The notes beneath the pieces are model-generated. The model did no database searches, was not told the DNA's origin, and worked only from the letters and a program-made list of their open reading frames with translations. From a virus (Duplodnaviria; Heunggongvirae; Uroviricota; Caudoviricetes), in IMG/VR virus record IMGVR_UViG_3300017971_000004, positions 1-64,000 of that record: 64,000 nucleotides of DNA, one strand, 5' to 3'. The position numbers and the translations under genes were made by a program. Shown here piece after piece: positions 10,568-18,970 of the stretch. Within the stretch, counting starts at the first letter, position 1. Each line of letters opens with the position of its first letter.

Positions 10568-10848
10568 GCCGGCTCCAGGTAAAAGTTGTTGACCAAGTGC
10601 TTTCCCGCGCTGGTCTTCATCTTCAGAGCGGAGATGTCGTCGGGAAGCTTGTAGGGGATCCCGTCCACGTAGAACAAACGCCCCTTCAGCTTCATCATCT
10701 TCGCCAACGGGACAGTCATCAGCGCCACGGCTATCGGCTCGCCCTCCTCGTAGGAGCTGTCATCGACGAGAACGACGCGGCCCACGGGAAGCCCCTTCTG
10801 GTCGCGCAGGACGTGATCATGCCGAAACATCTTGGGCAGCCCGTTCAT
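10564..10848 (-). CDS. hypothetical protein (94 aa)
   Basis: Minus ORF, stop overlaps terL start (ATGA). Confidence 0.4.
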   Translation of the reverse strand: MNGLPKMFRHDHVLRDQKGLPVGRVVLVDDSSYEEGEPIAVALMTVPLAKMMKLKGRLFYVDGIPYKLPDDISALKMKTSAGKHLVNNFYLEPA

Positions 10849-11645
10849 TTGATGCCATACCTCACGGAGATAGCGTTGAGAACTTCCGGAATGGCCTGCT
10901 TCATCGTGTCACCGACTCGACTCCGGATAATCTGCGCCACCTGATCGGGCAACCGTGACCCTGGCAGCTCTCGTACCAGGAGCCTTTGAATTTCCTCCGC
11001 CACCGATTCGATGCGGGTCACAGTGGACTCGACAATCATCTCGACGGCCTCCTGGAGGGCCGTCCCTGCGACTTTGCTGCTGGATTCGATGGCCGCAGCT
11101 TCCTTCTTGAGCTTGAGCAGATCGGCAATGAGCTTCTGGAACGTGGTTATCTCGTTGAGATCCACTTTGGCCTCGCCACCGGCCTCGACGGCCTCGACCT
11201 CCTTGGTGGTCATCTGACGATTGAAGCCGTGGAGCCGCTGCTCGGCTGCGGCGATGAGCGCCTTCATCCGCTTGAAGTCGTCGACCTCCTCGGAGAGAGC
11301 CTGGCGCTCGACGATGTTGCGATACGCGGCCCGATGGATCTGGATGCGCCTGCTGCTCGGGTCCTGGATGGCGAAGCCGACGTTGATCGCCGAATCGACT
11401 TCTTCCAAGTTTGAGACATGTTTCTTGTTGAAGTGGTGATAGAAGTTGGCCTTGGTGAAGAGCGTGATCTTCCGATCTTCCGGCAGCAGCTCGTTCTTGA
11501 TCTCCAGGCGACCGTTCAGCCACCTGACGATCTGAGCATACGGCTGTTCCTCGTCGAAGACGCGCCTGTGGGTCTCGCGCCAGAGGTTCGCGTCCAAGTC
11601 GATCAGGCCACAAAGTTTGCAGCGCTCGCTGAGTATCACTCCCAT
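10845..11645 (-). CDS. putative DNA-binding protein / candidate terminase small subunit (266 aa)
   Basis: Immediately upstream of terL; N-terminal CxxC plus basic segment (CKLCGLIDLDANLWRETHRR), central coiled coil. Position-based guess only. Confidence 0.3.
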   Translation of the reverse strand: MGVILSERCKLCGLIDLDANLWRETHRRVFDEEQPYAQIVRWLNGRLEIKNELLPEDRKITLFTKANFYHHFNKKHVSNLEEVDSAINVGFAIQDPSSRRIQIHRAAYRNIVERQALSEEVDDFKRMKALIAAAEQRLHGFNRQMTTKEVEAVEAGGEAKVDLNEITTFQKLIADLLKLKKEAAAIESSSKVAGTALQEAVEMIVESTVTRIESVAEEIQRLLVRELPGSRLPDQVAQIIRSRVGDTMKQAIPEVLNAISVRYGIK

Positions 11646-11666
11646 ACTGATAATATACCAGACAGG

Positions 11667-12197
11667 TCACGGGTTGTTCTGAGTCCGCTGAGCGGTCTTC
11701 TGAGCCGCCCGGTTCGCGGCCTCCTCGATGATCTTCTCCATCGAGGCCGGAGGATGCTCGATCTTCTGTTCGAGCTTCTCCAACTTCTCCCCGTGAGCTT
11801 CGAGATGGAAGGCCACGCCGGCCAGATACCAGACGAAGCCGGCTCCGGTCGTAACCAGGAAGAGGAGCATCGCGGCGAGACCTCGGATGTACCAGCGATA
11901 GAGCTTTTTGCTCTCCTCGACACCGACCTTCGCGACTTCCCGGATGGTCTCCGTGTTCTCGCGAATGCCCTTCTTGTTGGCTGCGATGCTAGATTCCATC
12001 GCTTCAAAAGCTCCTTCCCGGAGACATTGGTGGCCTTCGCCGATCTTAGTCTTCAGGTCTTCGATGTCGCCATCGACCCGCTTGAACTCGGACTTGACAA
12101 CAGCGCGGTCGGACTTGTCCTTCTCGATCCTGTCGAGGCGCTTGTCTAGCCAGGAGGGGATCTTGGCCGTGAAACTAGTGCGGGCTTCGTCCGTCAT
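11667..12197 (-). CDS. membrane protein (176 aa), start moved to internal ATG (MTDEARTSF)
   Basis: Track ORF N-terminus runs into the low-GC non-coding island. C-terminal TM helix LAAMLLFLVTTGAGFVWYLAGVAF followed by a coiled coil. Confidence 0.4.
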   Translation of the reverse strand: MTDEARTSFTAKIPSWLDKRLDRIEKDKSDRAVVKSEFKRVDGDIEDLKTKIGEGHQCLREGAFEAMESSIAANKKGIRENTETIREVAKVGVEESKKLYRWYIRGLAAMLLFLVTTGAGFVWYLAGVAFHLEAHGEKLEKLEQKIEHPPASMEKIIEEAANRAAQKTAQRTQNNP

Positions 12198-12738
12198 CTG
12201 CTTCCATCCCGAGTAGGCTGCTCCACGGTATAGAATAGCACGACTCTTTTTGGAAAATCTAAGGACGCGACTCCCCCGAGCCAATCCGAGCCAATTCGAT
12301 CCAAGTTGAAAAAACCCTCTGATATACCCACCAACGATATCGAAAATCGAAGAACGAAATACATCGGGTTTGGAAAGACTTCCAAAATTCAACAAGATTT
12401 GCCAAGTTCTAACAACTCGATCCAATCTTGTTGTCTCACGACCATCCTGATCTGTATGAATCCAAGTCTACCAAGGCAAAGAATTCGGCATAGAGTTTCG
12501 AGAATCCTGACCGGAGTGAAGAATTCTGGAGCGTAGCGTAAGAATTCTGAACGTAGGGAAGGATTCGAAGAAACTCCTGCGGAAAACTTCGTTAACAGGT
12601 ACACTTTGGCGGTAATAATTCCGTTGAAGCTTTGAATCTTGGTGCCAGGAATCCCATCGATCCAAGACTTCCGGATGGCGGCGCATCGTATTACGATGTT
12701 ACTGAGGTTAGATCGTTAATATACAGGAACGGATCTTC
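12198..12738. other. 540-bp lower-GC non-coding island with iteron-like repeats
   Basis: Direct repeat CCGAGCCAAT x2 (12278..12297). TCGATCCAA at 12296, 12417 and 12657 (spacing ~120 and ~240 bp). 21-bp tandem AAGAATTCTG(G/A)A(G/A)CGTAG x2 (12519..12560), plus a third GAATTC at 12481. Only short, oddly composed ORFs on either strand. Confidence 0.5.
12714..12727 (-). promoter_or_regulatory. phage promoter-like motif CTGTATATTAAC
   Basis: Member of the recurring minus-strand motif family (see findings); sits at the upstream edge of the non-coding island. Confidence 0.35.
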
Positions 12739-12936
12739 CTACCGATCTTCTTTTTCGAAAAGTTGGATATGCTCGATGGCGAGCTGGATATGTACGGCTA
12801 TCTGGTTCTTGCAGTCCCCGTGAAGGACGCCGTCGAGGGCTTCGTGGAGATGTTTACGAGCTTTCTTCAACAGGTAGGATGGTCGCTCCCCAGTGACATC
12901 GTTCTTGGATCCATTCTTCGACGTATTCGATGACAT
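12739..12936 (-). CDS. hypothetical protein (65 aa)
   Basis: AGAGGAAG RBS 5 nt before ATG 12936. Overlaps 12854..13039 in another frame, so one of the two may be spurious. Confidence 0.3.
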   Translation of the reverse strand: MSSNTSKNGSKNDVTGERPSYLLKKARKHLHEALDGVLHGDCKNQIAVHIQLAIEHIQLFEKEDR

Positions 12937-13039
12937 CTTCCTCTATTAAGGTGCCGTCCTCTGCGAAGCAGCCCTCCGGCACCTCGACCTCCTCGGCGCA
13001 GCCGAACTTGAAATCACCGATCTCGATGTCCATCCACAT
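12854..13039 (-). CDS. hypothetical acidic protein (61 aa)
   Basis: Start moved to the MWMD ATG, directly after the stop of 13041..13460. Conflicts with 12739..12936. Confidence 0.25.
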   Translation of the reverse strand: MWMDIEIGDFKFGCAEEVEVPEGCFAEDGTLIEEDVIEYVEEWIQERCHWGATILPVEESS

Positions 13040-13040
13040 C

Positions 13041-13460
13041 TTAACTTTCTTGCGCCCGTTCACGAGATCCTCCCTTCTTGCCGCCATGTTTGTTCTGGGC
13101 CTGCTTGAGCAGCCAGTCCTCTCTTCTGCGGGCTTCTTCCTCCAGGTCGGCCTGGCAGGCCACGACCTCCCTCCAGAGCTTCAGGGCGGCTGTGACGCCC
13201 TCGTAGCGAAGGGTGTTGTCCGCGTTCGTAGGACCGCCTTCTCTCAGAACGAGAGACAGGCCGTAAGCCAGCTCGGCAGAGATCGTGTCCCGAATCTCGG
13301 TGAAGATGTCCTCTTCGCGGATGCCGGCACCGGAGAAGACCTCGATGATGTCTCGGTAGGTGATCTTGGTCGGGTCGATCTCGTTGGTTTCGGGGTTCTT
13401 GAGATGGTCACGCTCCAGGAAAGCGGAGACGACCTTGACGAGCTTCGATTCGCTGCTCAT
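13041..13460 (-). CDS. hypothetical protein (139 aa)
   Basis: Minus ORF with coding-like composition; no recognizable domain. Confidence 0.45.
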   Translation of the reverse strand: MSSESKLVKVVSAFLERDHLKNPETNEIDPTKITYRDIIEVFSGAGIREEDIFTEIRDTISAELAYGLSLVLREGGPTNADNTLRYEGVTAALKLWREVVACQADLEEEARRREDWLLKQAQNKHGGKKGGSRERAQES

Positions 13461-13465
13461 GCTCC

Positions 13466-13598
13466 CTCACTTCGACAAGTAGACCCCTAAGACGAACATC
13501 CCGAGGAGGATTAGGATGAAGACGAAGAATTCGATGAAGGTGTAGATCTTGCCCCGGATGGTTTCTCCCCTCGGATCGTGTTTGAACTCCAGGGTCAT
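13466..13598 (-). CDS. small membrane peptide (43 aa)
   Basis: MTLEFKHDPRGETIRGKIYTFIEFFVFILILLGMFVLGVYLSK; single TM; ATGA overlap with the upstream gene stop at 13595. Below the track cutoff. Confidence 0.3.
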
Positions 13599-13831
13599 TT
13601 CATTGGGCTCCAGAACCTTTCCTCGACCTCCTCGCCGCACAGATACTTGCAGTAGACGGTGCGCTCCAGCCGCCCTTTGTCGTCCTGCTGAATCATGGCT
13701 CCGCTGAGTTTGCAGACGGCGACGGGCGGGAACTTGGTGTAGGTCTCGACGTGCTCGCAGTCGTAGTCGCAGTAGTCATCGCCGAACTTCCGGCTCGTAG
13801 TGACGGTGGTCTCGATGTTCTTGACGGACAT
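13595..13831 (-). CDS. hypothetical Cys-rich protein (78 aa)
   Basis: Start moved to MSVKN (ATG 13831), which overlaps the stop of 13833..14147. Confidence 0.4.
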   Translation of the reverse strand: MSVKNIETTVTTSRKFGDDYCDYDCEHVETYTKFPPVAVCKLSGAMIQQDDKGRLERTVYCKYLCGEEVEERFWSPMK

Positions 13832-13832
13832 C

Positions 13833-14147
13833 TCACTCCTCCTCGGGCGGCATCGGGTACGGCAGGCTCCAGCGGGCTTTGATGCGCTCTCGCATCGAGC
13901 CATCCGACCAGACGCACGCATCCTTGTTGTTCTTGGCCCTCCGCGCCTTCTGGACACCCCTCTTCTCCACTCCCCGGAACTGGTAGCGGACCGGATAATA
14001 GCCCGGAAGCTCTGGCGGCGCGGTCGTCCATTCGCCGTTGACGAAGTTCTCCCAGGCTTCGAGATCGTCGTCTCCCCGCAGCTGGCAATGATCGCAGATG
14101 TCCTGGCCGTGGTCGCGCAGGACGAATACGTAGAGATTCTTGGGCAT
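13833..14147 (-). CDS. hypothetical protein (104 aa)
   Basis: Minus ORF in a coupled operon. Confidence 0.45.
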   Translation of the reverse strand: MPKNLYVFVLRDHGQDICDHCQLRGDDDLEAWENFVNGEWTTAPPELPGYYPVRYQFRGVEKRGVQKARRAKNNKDACVWSDGSMRERIKARWSLPYPMPPEEE

Positions 14148-14155
14148 GACTCCTC

Positions 14156-14467
14156 CTAGCCTTGCAGAACTATCTTGTCGAGGGTCTCGTGCTGGGAGAA
14201 ACGCTCCTCCAAAGCCTTGAGCCGATTCTCATGCTCTTCCAGGAGGATGCCGACCTCGTTGTTCAGAAGATCGATCTCCTTGCGAAACTTCTCGTTCGAG
14301 GACACCAGCTCCTCGTTGGTCTTGACGAGCTGCTCGTTCGTCTCGATGGCCTTCTTGAGCAACTCGGGCAGCTCGGCGAGTGACTTCGCGCCGGAGGTCG
14401 CCTGCTGAAGCGCCTTGCGGGCCTGCTTCTCCTTGGCCCGGCGCAACTTTCGTTCGGCGCTTCCCAT
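14156..14467 (-). CDS. coiled-coil protein (103 aa)
   Basis: Start moved to MGSAERK (ATG 14467, TGATG overlap with the upstream stop); heptad-rich (LLKKAIETNEQLVKTNEELVSSNEKFRKEIDLLNNEV). Confidence 0.45.
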   Translation of the reverse strand: MGSAERKLRRAKEKQARKALQQATSGAKSLAELPELLKKAIETNEQLVKTNEELVSSNEKFRKEIDLLNNEVGILLEEHENRLKALEERFSQHETLDKIVLQG

Positions 14468-14784
14468 CAGGTCTCCAGCGTCTTGATGCGCTCTTTCAAC
14501 TTCGCGACAAGGTCTTCGATTCGCGGATCCCTGGGTTCGCCGGGTCTCCATCCTTCGAGACCCAGGACCCGACCGATGGAGATGGCCGCGACTTCTTCGT
14601 ACAGTCGAAGTTCGAACAGCTTCTCATGGGTCTCCGTGAGGTCGTCGAAAGTCTTCCGAATATCGTTGATGGCTTGGAGAACGGCCATCTCCAAGGCATC
14701 CAGAACACGCTTCTGCTGAACTTCCAAGGCTTTGAACAAAGGGTCTTCCTCGACATTCACACCCGGACGCAGTTCATCTTCCAT
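14467..14784 (-). CDS. hypothetical protein (105 aa)
   Basis: Start MEDELRPG (ATG 14784), preceded by GAGGAGG RBS and the CTGTATATTAACC motif. Confidence 0.45.
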   Translation of the reverse strand: MEDELRPGVNVEEDPLFKALEVQQKRVLDALEMAVLQAINDIRKTFDDLTETHEKLFELRLYEEVAAISIGRVLGLEGWRPGEPRDPRIEDLVAKLKERIKTLET

Positions 14785-14805
14785 GACGGTCCTCCTCGTA
14801 GATCT

Positions 14806-14819
14806 ATGGTTAATATACA
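14806..14819 (-). promoter_or_regulatory. phage promoter-like motif CTGTATATTAACC
   Basis: 24 nt upstream of ATG 14784; lies between the stop of 14837..15406 and the GAGGAGG RBS. Confidence 0.4.
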
Positions 14820-14836
14820 GAGAAGCCGAGTTGAAC

Positions 14837-15406
14837 TTACATCTTTTCGAAGGGGATGCCCGGAGGAGCATCCACGCGTTCGAAGAGGGGACTCGCCTGG
14901 AAGAAGTTCTGAAGATACTCGGGGGAAACGGTCTCCGGCCTCCAGGCCACCGTGTTGGGAATCTTGCCGTAACCATCGACCTTGCCGGCTCCCGGCAGCG
15001 CGGCGTGGTACATGACGTGAGCCACGTACTCGGAGCAGAAGAGCCGATCGTCCCGATGAACCGGTTCCTTGGATTTGCGTCCGAACAACCGGTAGGCGAT
15101 GAGCTTGAAGAGTCCTCCGAGCAGCCCGAGCCAATCGTATCGTTCTCCGACAAAGTCCTTGGTGGCGCGGAGCGCCGGCCAGATGTCCTCGGAGCACTCG
15201 TAGCACTCCATGTAGCCGACGCGTGTGAGCTTGTCGACGGGGATCTTGTTGACGCCGCGCTCGTTGATCTCGACCGCCCACCAATCGCCCCATTCTTTCG
15301 ACTGGTACAGGACCAACGAATGGTTGATGTTGGACTTCATCGCCCATCTGAGGATCTTCGAGTACAGGGCGTTCGAGGTCGTCACCGCGAAGAGGACTCG
15401 ACTCAT
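14837..15406 (-). CDS. hypothetical protein (189 aa), possible Cys/His peptidase-like
   Basis: Start MSRVLFAV (ATG 15406, ATGA overlap). Contains LFCSEYVAHVMYHA (candidate Cys..His pair); assignment weak. Confidence 0.4.
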   Translation of the reverse strand: MSRVLFAVTTSNALYSKILRWAMKSNINHSLVLYQSKEWGDWWAVEINERGVNKIPVDKLTRVGYMECYECSEDIWPALRATKDFVGERYDWLGLLGGLFKLIAYRLFGRKSKEPVHRDDRLFCSEYVAHVMYHAALPGAGKVDGYGKIPNTVAWRPETVSPEYLQNFFQASPLFERVDAPPGIPFEKM

Positions 15407-16020
15407 GCAGTTTTCTCCAGGAGGGAGATGGCGTAATCGCGTACTTCCAGGCTCGTGGCCCCGTTCAGGTACCCTTGCAAGATGAACCGGTCCGGATTTC
15501 CAGGCTGGTTCTGGTTGGCCCAGAAGCTCACGATGGCCCATGCCCCCTCGGTATCAGGTAGCTCGATGTCCGCCGGGGTGCAGACGAGGCCGTCGCTCTC
15601 GCGGACAACCCGCAGCTTGGCCCCGGCCCCCACGGTCTTGATCTGTCCGCTCAGCCGGCCCCACGCCAGCGTCGGATCGGACACGAAGAAGGAGATGTTC
15701 GTGACCACCCCGCCCGCATCCTCCCATATGTCTGGAGACGTGATCGACTTGGGGCCTTCCAAGATCTTTGAAGAGGCTCGGAACTCAAAAGCAGGGGGAG
15801 GATCTCCTTGATGGTTGGCGACGATGTTGTCAAGAATCCCTATCTCCTCGGTCGAAAGCTCGTCGTCGAACCAGATGTAGCAGCTGTCGCCCCGCGTGAA
15901 GATGTAATCGAACGTCTTGGTGATATTGCTCGATATGATTTCGATCTTGAGTGAATCCGGATTGACTTTCTGATTCGGAAAGTCCTCCGAAATGCTGTAG
16001 AGATACTCCGTTGCTGCCAT
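15403..16020 (-). CDS. hypothetical virion-module protein (205 aa)
   Basis: Directly downstream of the 982-aa fibre gene and coupled to it. Confidence 0.45.
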   Translation of the reverse strand: MAATEYLYSISEDFPNQKVNPDSLKIEIISSNITKTFDYIFTRGDSCYIWFDDELSTEEIGILDNIVANHQGDPPPAFEFRASSKILEGPKSITSPDIWEDAGGVVTNISFFVSDPTLAWGRLSGQIKTVGAGAKLRVVRESDGLVCTPADIELPDTEGAWAIVSFWANQNQPGNPDRFILQGYLNGATSLEVRDYAISLLEKTA

Positions 16021-18968
16021 TACGTCACCTTCATGAGCACTATCCGCTTGGAACGGATGTAGGCGGTCGCCCCTTCGGTGTAGAAGTCGAAATCGAAGTT
16101 GTGGACACCGGCAGACGCAGACGTGAAGAAGAAGACACCACCCATCGTGTCGATTTCTGACGCGATCAGCGCCTCCGGTTCGAAAGCCCCTTCGGCGATG
16201 GTGGTGGTGTCGTCGATCTGGACTCGGACATGCACCCGGTACGACCCGGAGGAGCTAGTGTACTCGCAGTAGTACCAGACCAGATAGGTCGCGACCTCCA
16301 GAGTGGGGGAGTAACGCCACGCCTGGGTCCAGCTGGTGTTGGTCGTGGAGTCAAGCGCCTCTTCGGAGCCTTGCAGCATCGCCGGAACAGCAGAAGGCGT
16401 TCCCCATGAGACGGAGCCGAGGCCGTTCGTGGTCAAGACCTGCCCGGAGCTGCCGTCCGCGTTGGGCAGCGTATAGGCATCGCTGATACGGACGTTTCCG
16501 CCGATGTTGATATAGTTGTTGGAGCCGTGGGCCGTGATGTTGCCCCGCGTCCCCATGATGATGCTGTGGCCATTGTCGAGGCGGTAGTCCCCGCTGACAT
16601 GCATGTCCGCCTCGGAGTAGAGGTCGTCGTTGAAGCGGAACCTCGCGCCTCCCTCGTCCCAATAGAGCCACTTGGTTCGAGTCGTGTCGAAGGAGATGAG
16701 CCTGTTGTTCGTGTGGAAGTCTCCGTCCGGATCGAACTGGCAGAAAGTCCCGGACGGATTACCTATGCGCACCAGACCGGTGCCCTGGACCACGAGATCG
16801 AGATTGGCGTTGTTGTCCGGTGCGAGCGACAGCCGGTTGCCGCCCGCAGTCAGGTACGAGATGGAAGTGACGGCACCCCAGGAGATTCCCTTGTTGGCGT
16901 CCAGGTTGAAGTTCTCCGATGTGTAGACGTCGTCGTTGAACTCGAAGCGGTTATCCGTGGCACTGTCGTAGATGAGCGCGTGCGTCTTGGCGTCGTCGAA
17001 GTAAAGCTCTCCCGTCCACAGCTTCAGATCCTGGGCGATCAGGAGGTCGGCCCCAAAGATTTGAAGCTCGTTGCCACCCACCGTCGAGTACGCCATGCCG
17101 GCTGACTTGGCGGCACCGTTGAAGTAGATGCTCTTGTCGAGTCCGAGCACCATGTTGTCGGAGGCGTCGATCAGGATGCCGGAATCCTGGATCAACTTGC
17201 CGGTGGTCCCGTCGAACCGGACGATGGCGGTGTCGGTAGCCGACGCCGGTCCGACGACGTCCCCGGAACCGCTCCCAGCAGCCCAGGTCACGTTACCCAG
17301 ACCGTCTGTCGTGAGCGTCTGTCCGGAAGAGCCATCCGTAGTCGGCAGTGTGTAGGCTCCGACCGTCAGCGTGCCATTGACCTTCAACTTGGAGTTGAAC
17401 TCGAACTGGGAGTTCAGGCTGCTCCACTGGAGCGTCCTGGTCTTGGCCGTGTCGAAGGTGCTCGGCACGTCCGAGTCGACCTGGAAGCCGCCTGCGGCCT
17501 GGATCGCTCCGTTGGCGAACACTCGGTCGTTGAATTCGAATCTGGTGTTTCCGGCATCGTATTCGAGGGACTTGGTGTTTGTTCCGTAGTCGAACCAGAT
17601 CTTGGAGTCCGCCGCGATGTAGATGTCGTTGACGTCGACGACGATATTACCCCGGGCGACGACCGTGTCCATCAGGTGGATATCGTTGCCACCCCCTGCC
17701 AGCTCGACCTGGCCTGCGGTGGAGTTGTACGAGAGCCCTTTGTCCAGGTCGCTGTCGAGGTAGTAATGGCCATCCGGTGGCACGTACATTGAATCGGACC
17801 ACTCGATGGCCCCGACCGACGAGTTCCAGCGCACCGATTTCGAGACGGTCGGCGTACCGCTTCCAGTCGTATCGAAGTAGAGCCGTTGGTTGGGCGACAA
17901 GAAGAGGTTCTCGACGGTATAGATACCCTTGTTGACGTTCATCAGGCCGGTGAACGGATTGTCCGAGGTGACATCGAAGGTCCCCGATCCGCCATCGGTC
18001 ATGGTCATGTAGCCGCCGAGCTGAGTCTCTCCGAGAACAATCAGATCCTGGGCGGTGTAGACGTTCGCCCCCAGCTCGAACCGGTCGCTCGCGCTGTTCC
18101 AGCGGATCCCTTTGGCGTGCGAAGGACCATCGAAATAGCAGTACTCGTTGGAAGGCACCTGAAGATATGCGCCTGACCCCATGACCGCCAGCATCCCCTT
18201 CGAGGCATCGGCCTCCGCGTAGACGCGGATGTTGGAGGTACCCGGTTCGTAGAGCCCGAAGGAGTCGGCATAGAACTGGATGCCGGCGTTGTCGAAGCTG
18301 GCCAACATGTTTCCGGAGCCGTCCTTGATCCAGGACAAGTCGTCGGCTTGCAAACCTCCCTGGGTATGGACGTTCCGGTCGAAGTTGTAGCGGTTGTCGG
18401 CGTTGTTGTATCCGAAGTAGCGGTCGTAGGTGCCGCTACCTTTGAAACGGATGTGGGTACCGGCGTCGATGTTCTCGACGTAGAGGCTCGCCGTGCCGAA
18501 GTTGACGGAACCGAGCGTCGTGAAGCACAGCTCGTCGGCTCCATCGATCTGGAGATAGCCGCTCGAATTGAAGCGGATGCCGTAGTCCGTACCGGTCGAG
18601 AGATAGAGCCAATGGTTATCACCGAGATGAAGGTTGTTGGAATCGTCGATCCGAACGCCGGATCCCTGAAGGCAGGTTCCCGTCGTGCCGTCGAACCTTG
18701 GAATCGCGTTGTCAAGGGACGTACTTGGACCGAGTACGTCTCCCGCGCCGACTGCGCCGAGATCGGTGATGAGCACCCCGGAATCGTTCTTGAGAGTGAT
18801 GTATCCAGCCGTCAAGGCCGCATCGAGATCGACCGAGGAGAGCAGCTCGCCGAGCATGTACTCCGTCATCAAGTCGTAGTCGACGGTGGGATGGGGGAAC
18901 GACCGCTGTCCCAGGTCGTTCAGGACGACAGGATCGAGGGTGCCCGTAGTGGACAGGTAGAACGACAT
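16020..18968 (-). CDS. large tail fibre protein with internal repeats (982 aa)
   Basis: Repeated module GP(S/A)(T/A)S(L/T)D(N/T)AI(P/V)RFDGTTG..(L/I)Q.SG(V/I).IDD/S.N at ~aa 80 and ~aa 560; long G/N/D/S/T-rich beta-type sequence; C-terminal aromatic-rich presumed receptor-binding domain. Confidence 0.6.
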   Translation of the reverse strand: MSFYLSTTGTLDPVVLNDLGQRSFPHPTVDYDLMTEYMLGELLSSVDLDAALTAGYITLKNDSGVLITDLGAVGAGDVLGPSTSLDNAIPRFDGTTGTCLQGSGVRIDDSNNLHLGDNHWLYLSTGTDYGIRFNSSGYLQIDGADELCFTTLGSVNFGTASLYVENIDAGTHIRFKGSGTYDRYFGYNNADNRYNFDRNVHTQGGLQADDLSWIKDGSGNMLASFDNAGIQFYADSFGLYEPGTSNIRVYAEADASKGMLAVMGSGAYLQVPSNEYCYFDGPSHAKGIRWNSASDRFELGANVYTAQDLIVLGETQLGGYMTMTDGGSGTFDVTSDNPFTGLMNVNKGIYTVENLFLSPNQRLYFDTTGSGTPTVSKSVRWNSSVGAIEWSDSMYVPPDGHYYLDSDLDKGLSYNSTAGQVELAGGGNDIHLMDTVVARGNIVVDVNDIYIAADSKIWFDYGTNTKSLEYDAGNTRFEFNDRVFANGAIQAAGGFQVDSDVPSTFDTAKTRTLQWSSLNSQFEFNSKLKVNGTLTVGAYTLPTTDGSSGQTLTTDGLGNVTWAAGSGSGDVVGPASATDTAIVRFDGTTGKLIQDSGILIDASDNMVLGLDKSIYFNGAAKSAGMAYSTVGGNELQIFGADLLIAQDLKLWTGELYFDDAKTHALIYDSATDNRFEFNDDVYTSENFNLDANKGISWGAVTSISYLTAGGNRLSLAPDNNANLDLVVQGTGLVRIGNPSGTFCQFDPDGDFHTNNRLISFDTTRTKWLYWDEGGARFRFNDDLYSEADMHVSGDYRLDNGHSIIMGTRGNITAHGSNNYINIGGNVRISDAYTLPNADGSSGQVLTTNGLGSVSWGTPSAVPAMLQGSEEALDSTTNTSWTQAWRYSPTLEVATYLVWYYCEYTSSSGSYRVHVRVQIDDTTTIAEGAFEPEALIASEIDTMGGVFFFTSASAGVHNFDFDFYTEGATAYIRSKRIVLMKVT

Positions 18969-18970
18969 CC

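Noticed and set aside
8705-10582. 625-aa plus-strand ORF opposite the terminase large subunit
   Set aside because: The minus strand carries a convincing Walker A plus nuclease TerL; the plus ORF is an R/G/D/L-rich shadow.
12306-12686. Short ORFs inside the 540-bp low-GC island (plus 12306..12536; minus 12389..12604, 12468..12686)
   Set aside because: Composition differs from all other genes, they overlap each other and the iteron repeats, and they lack RBSs; treated as non-coding.
14806-14819. CTGTATATTAAC motif as a classical palindromic LexA/SOS box (CTGT-N8-ACAG)
   Set aside because: In none of the copies is the downstream half ACAG present at the required spacing; only the half-site resembles the SOS consensus, so it is reported as a promoter-like motif and possible half-site only.
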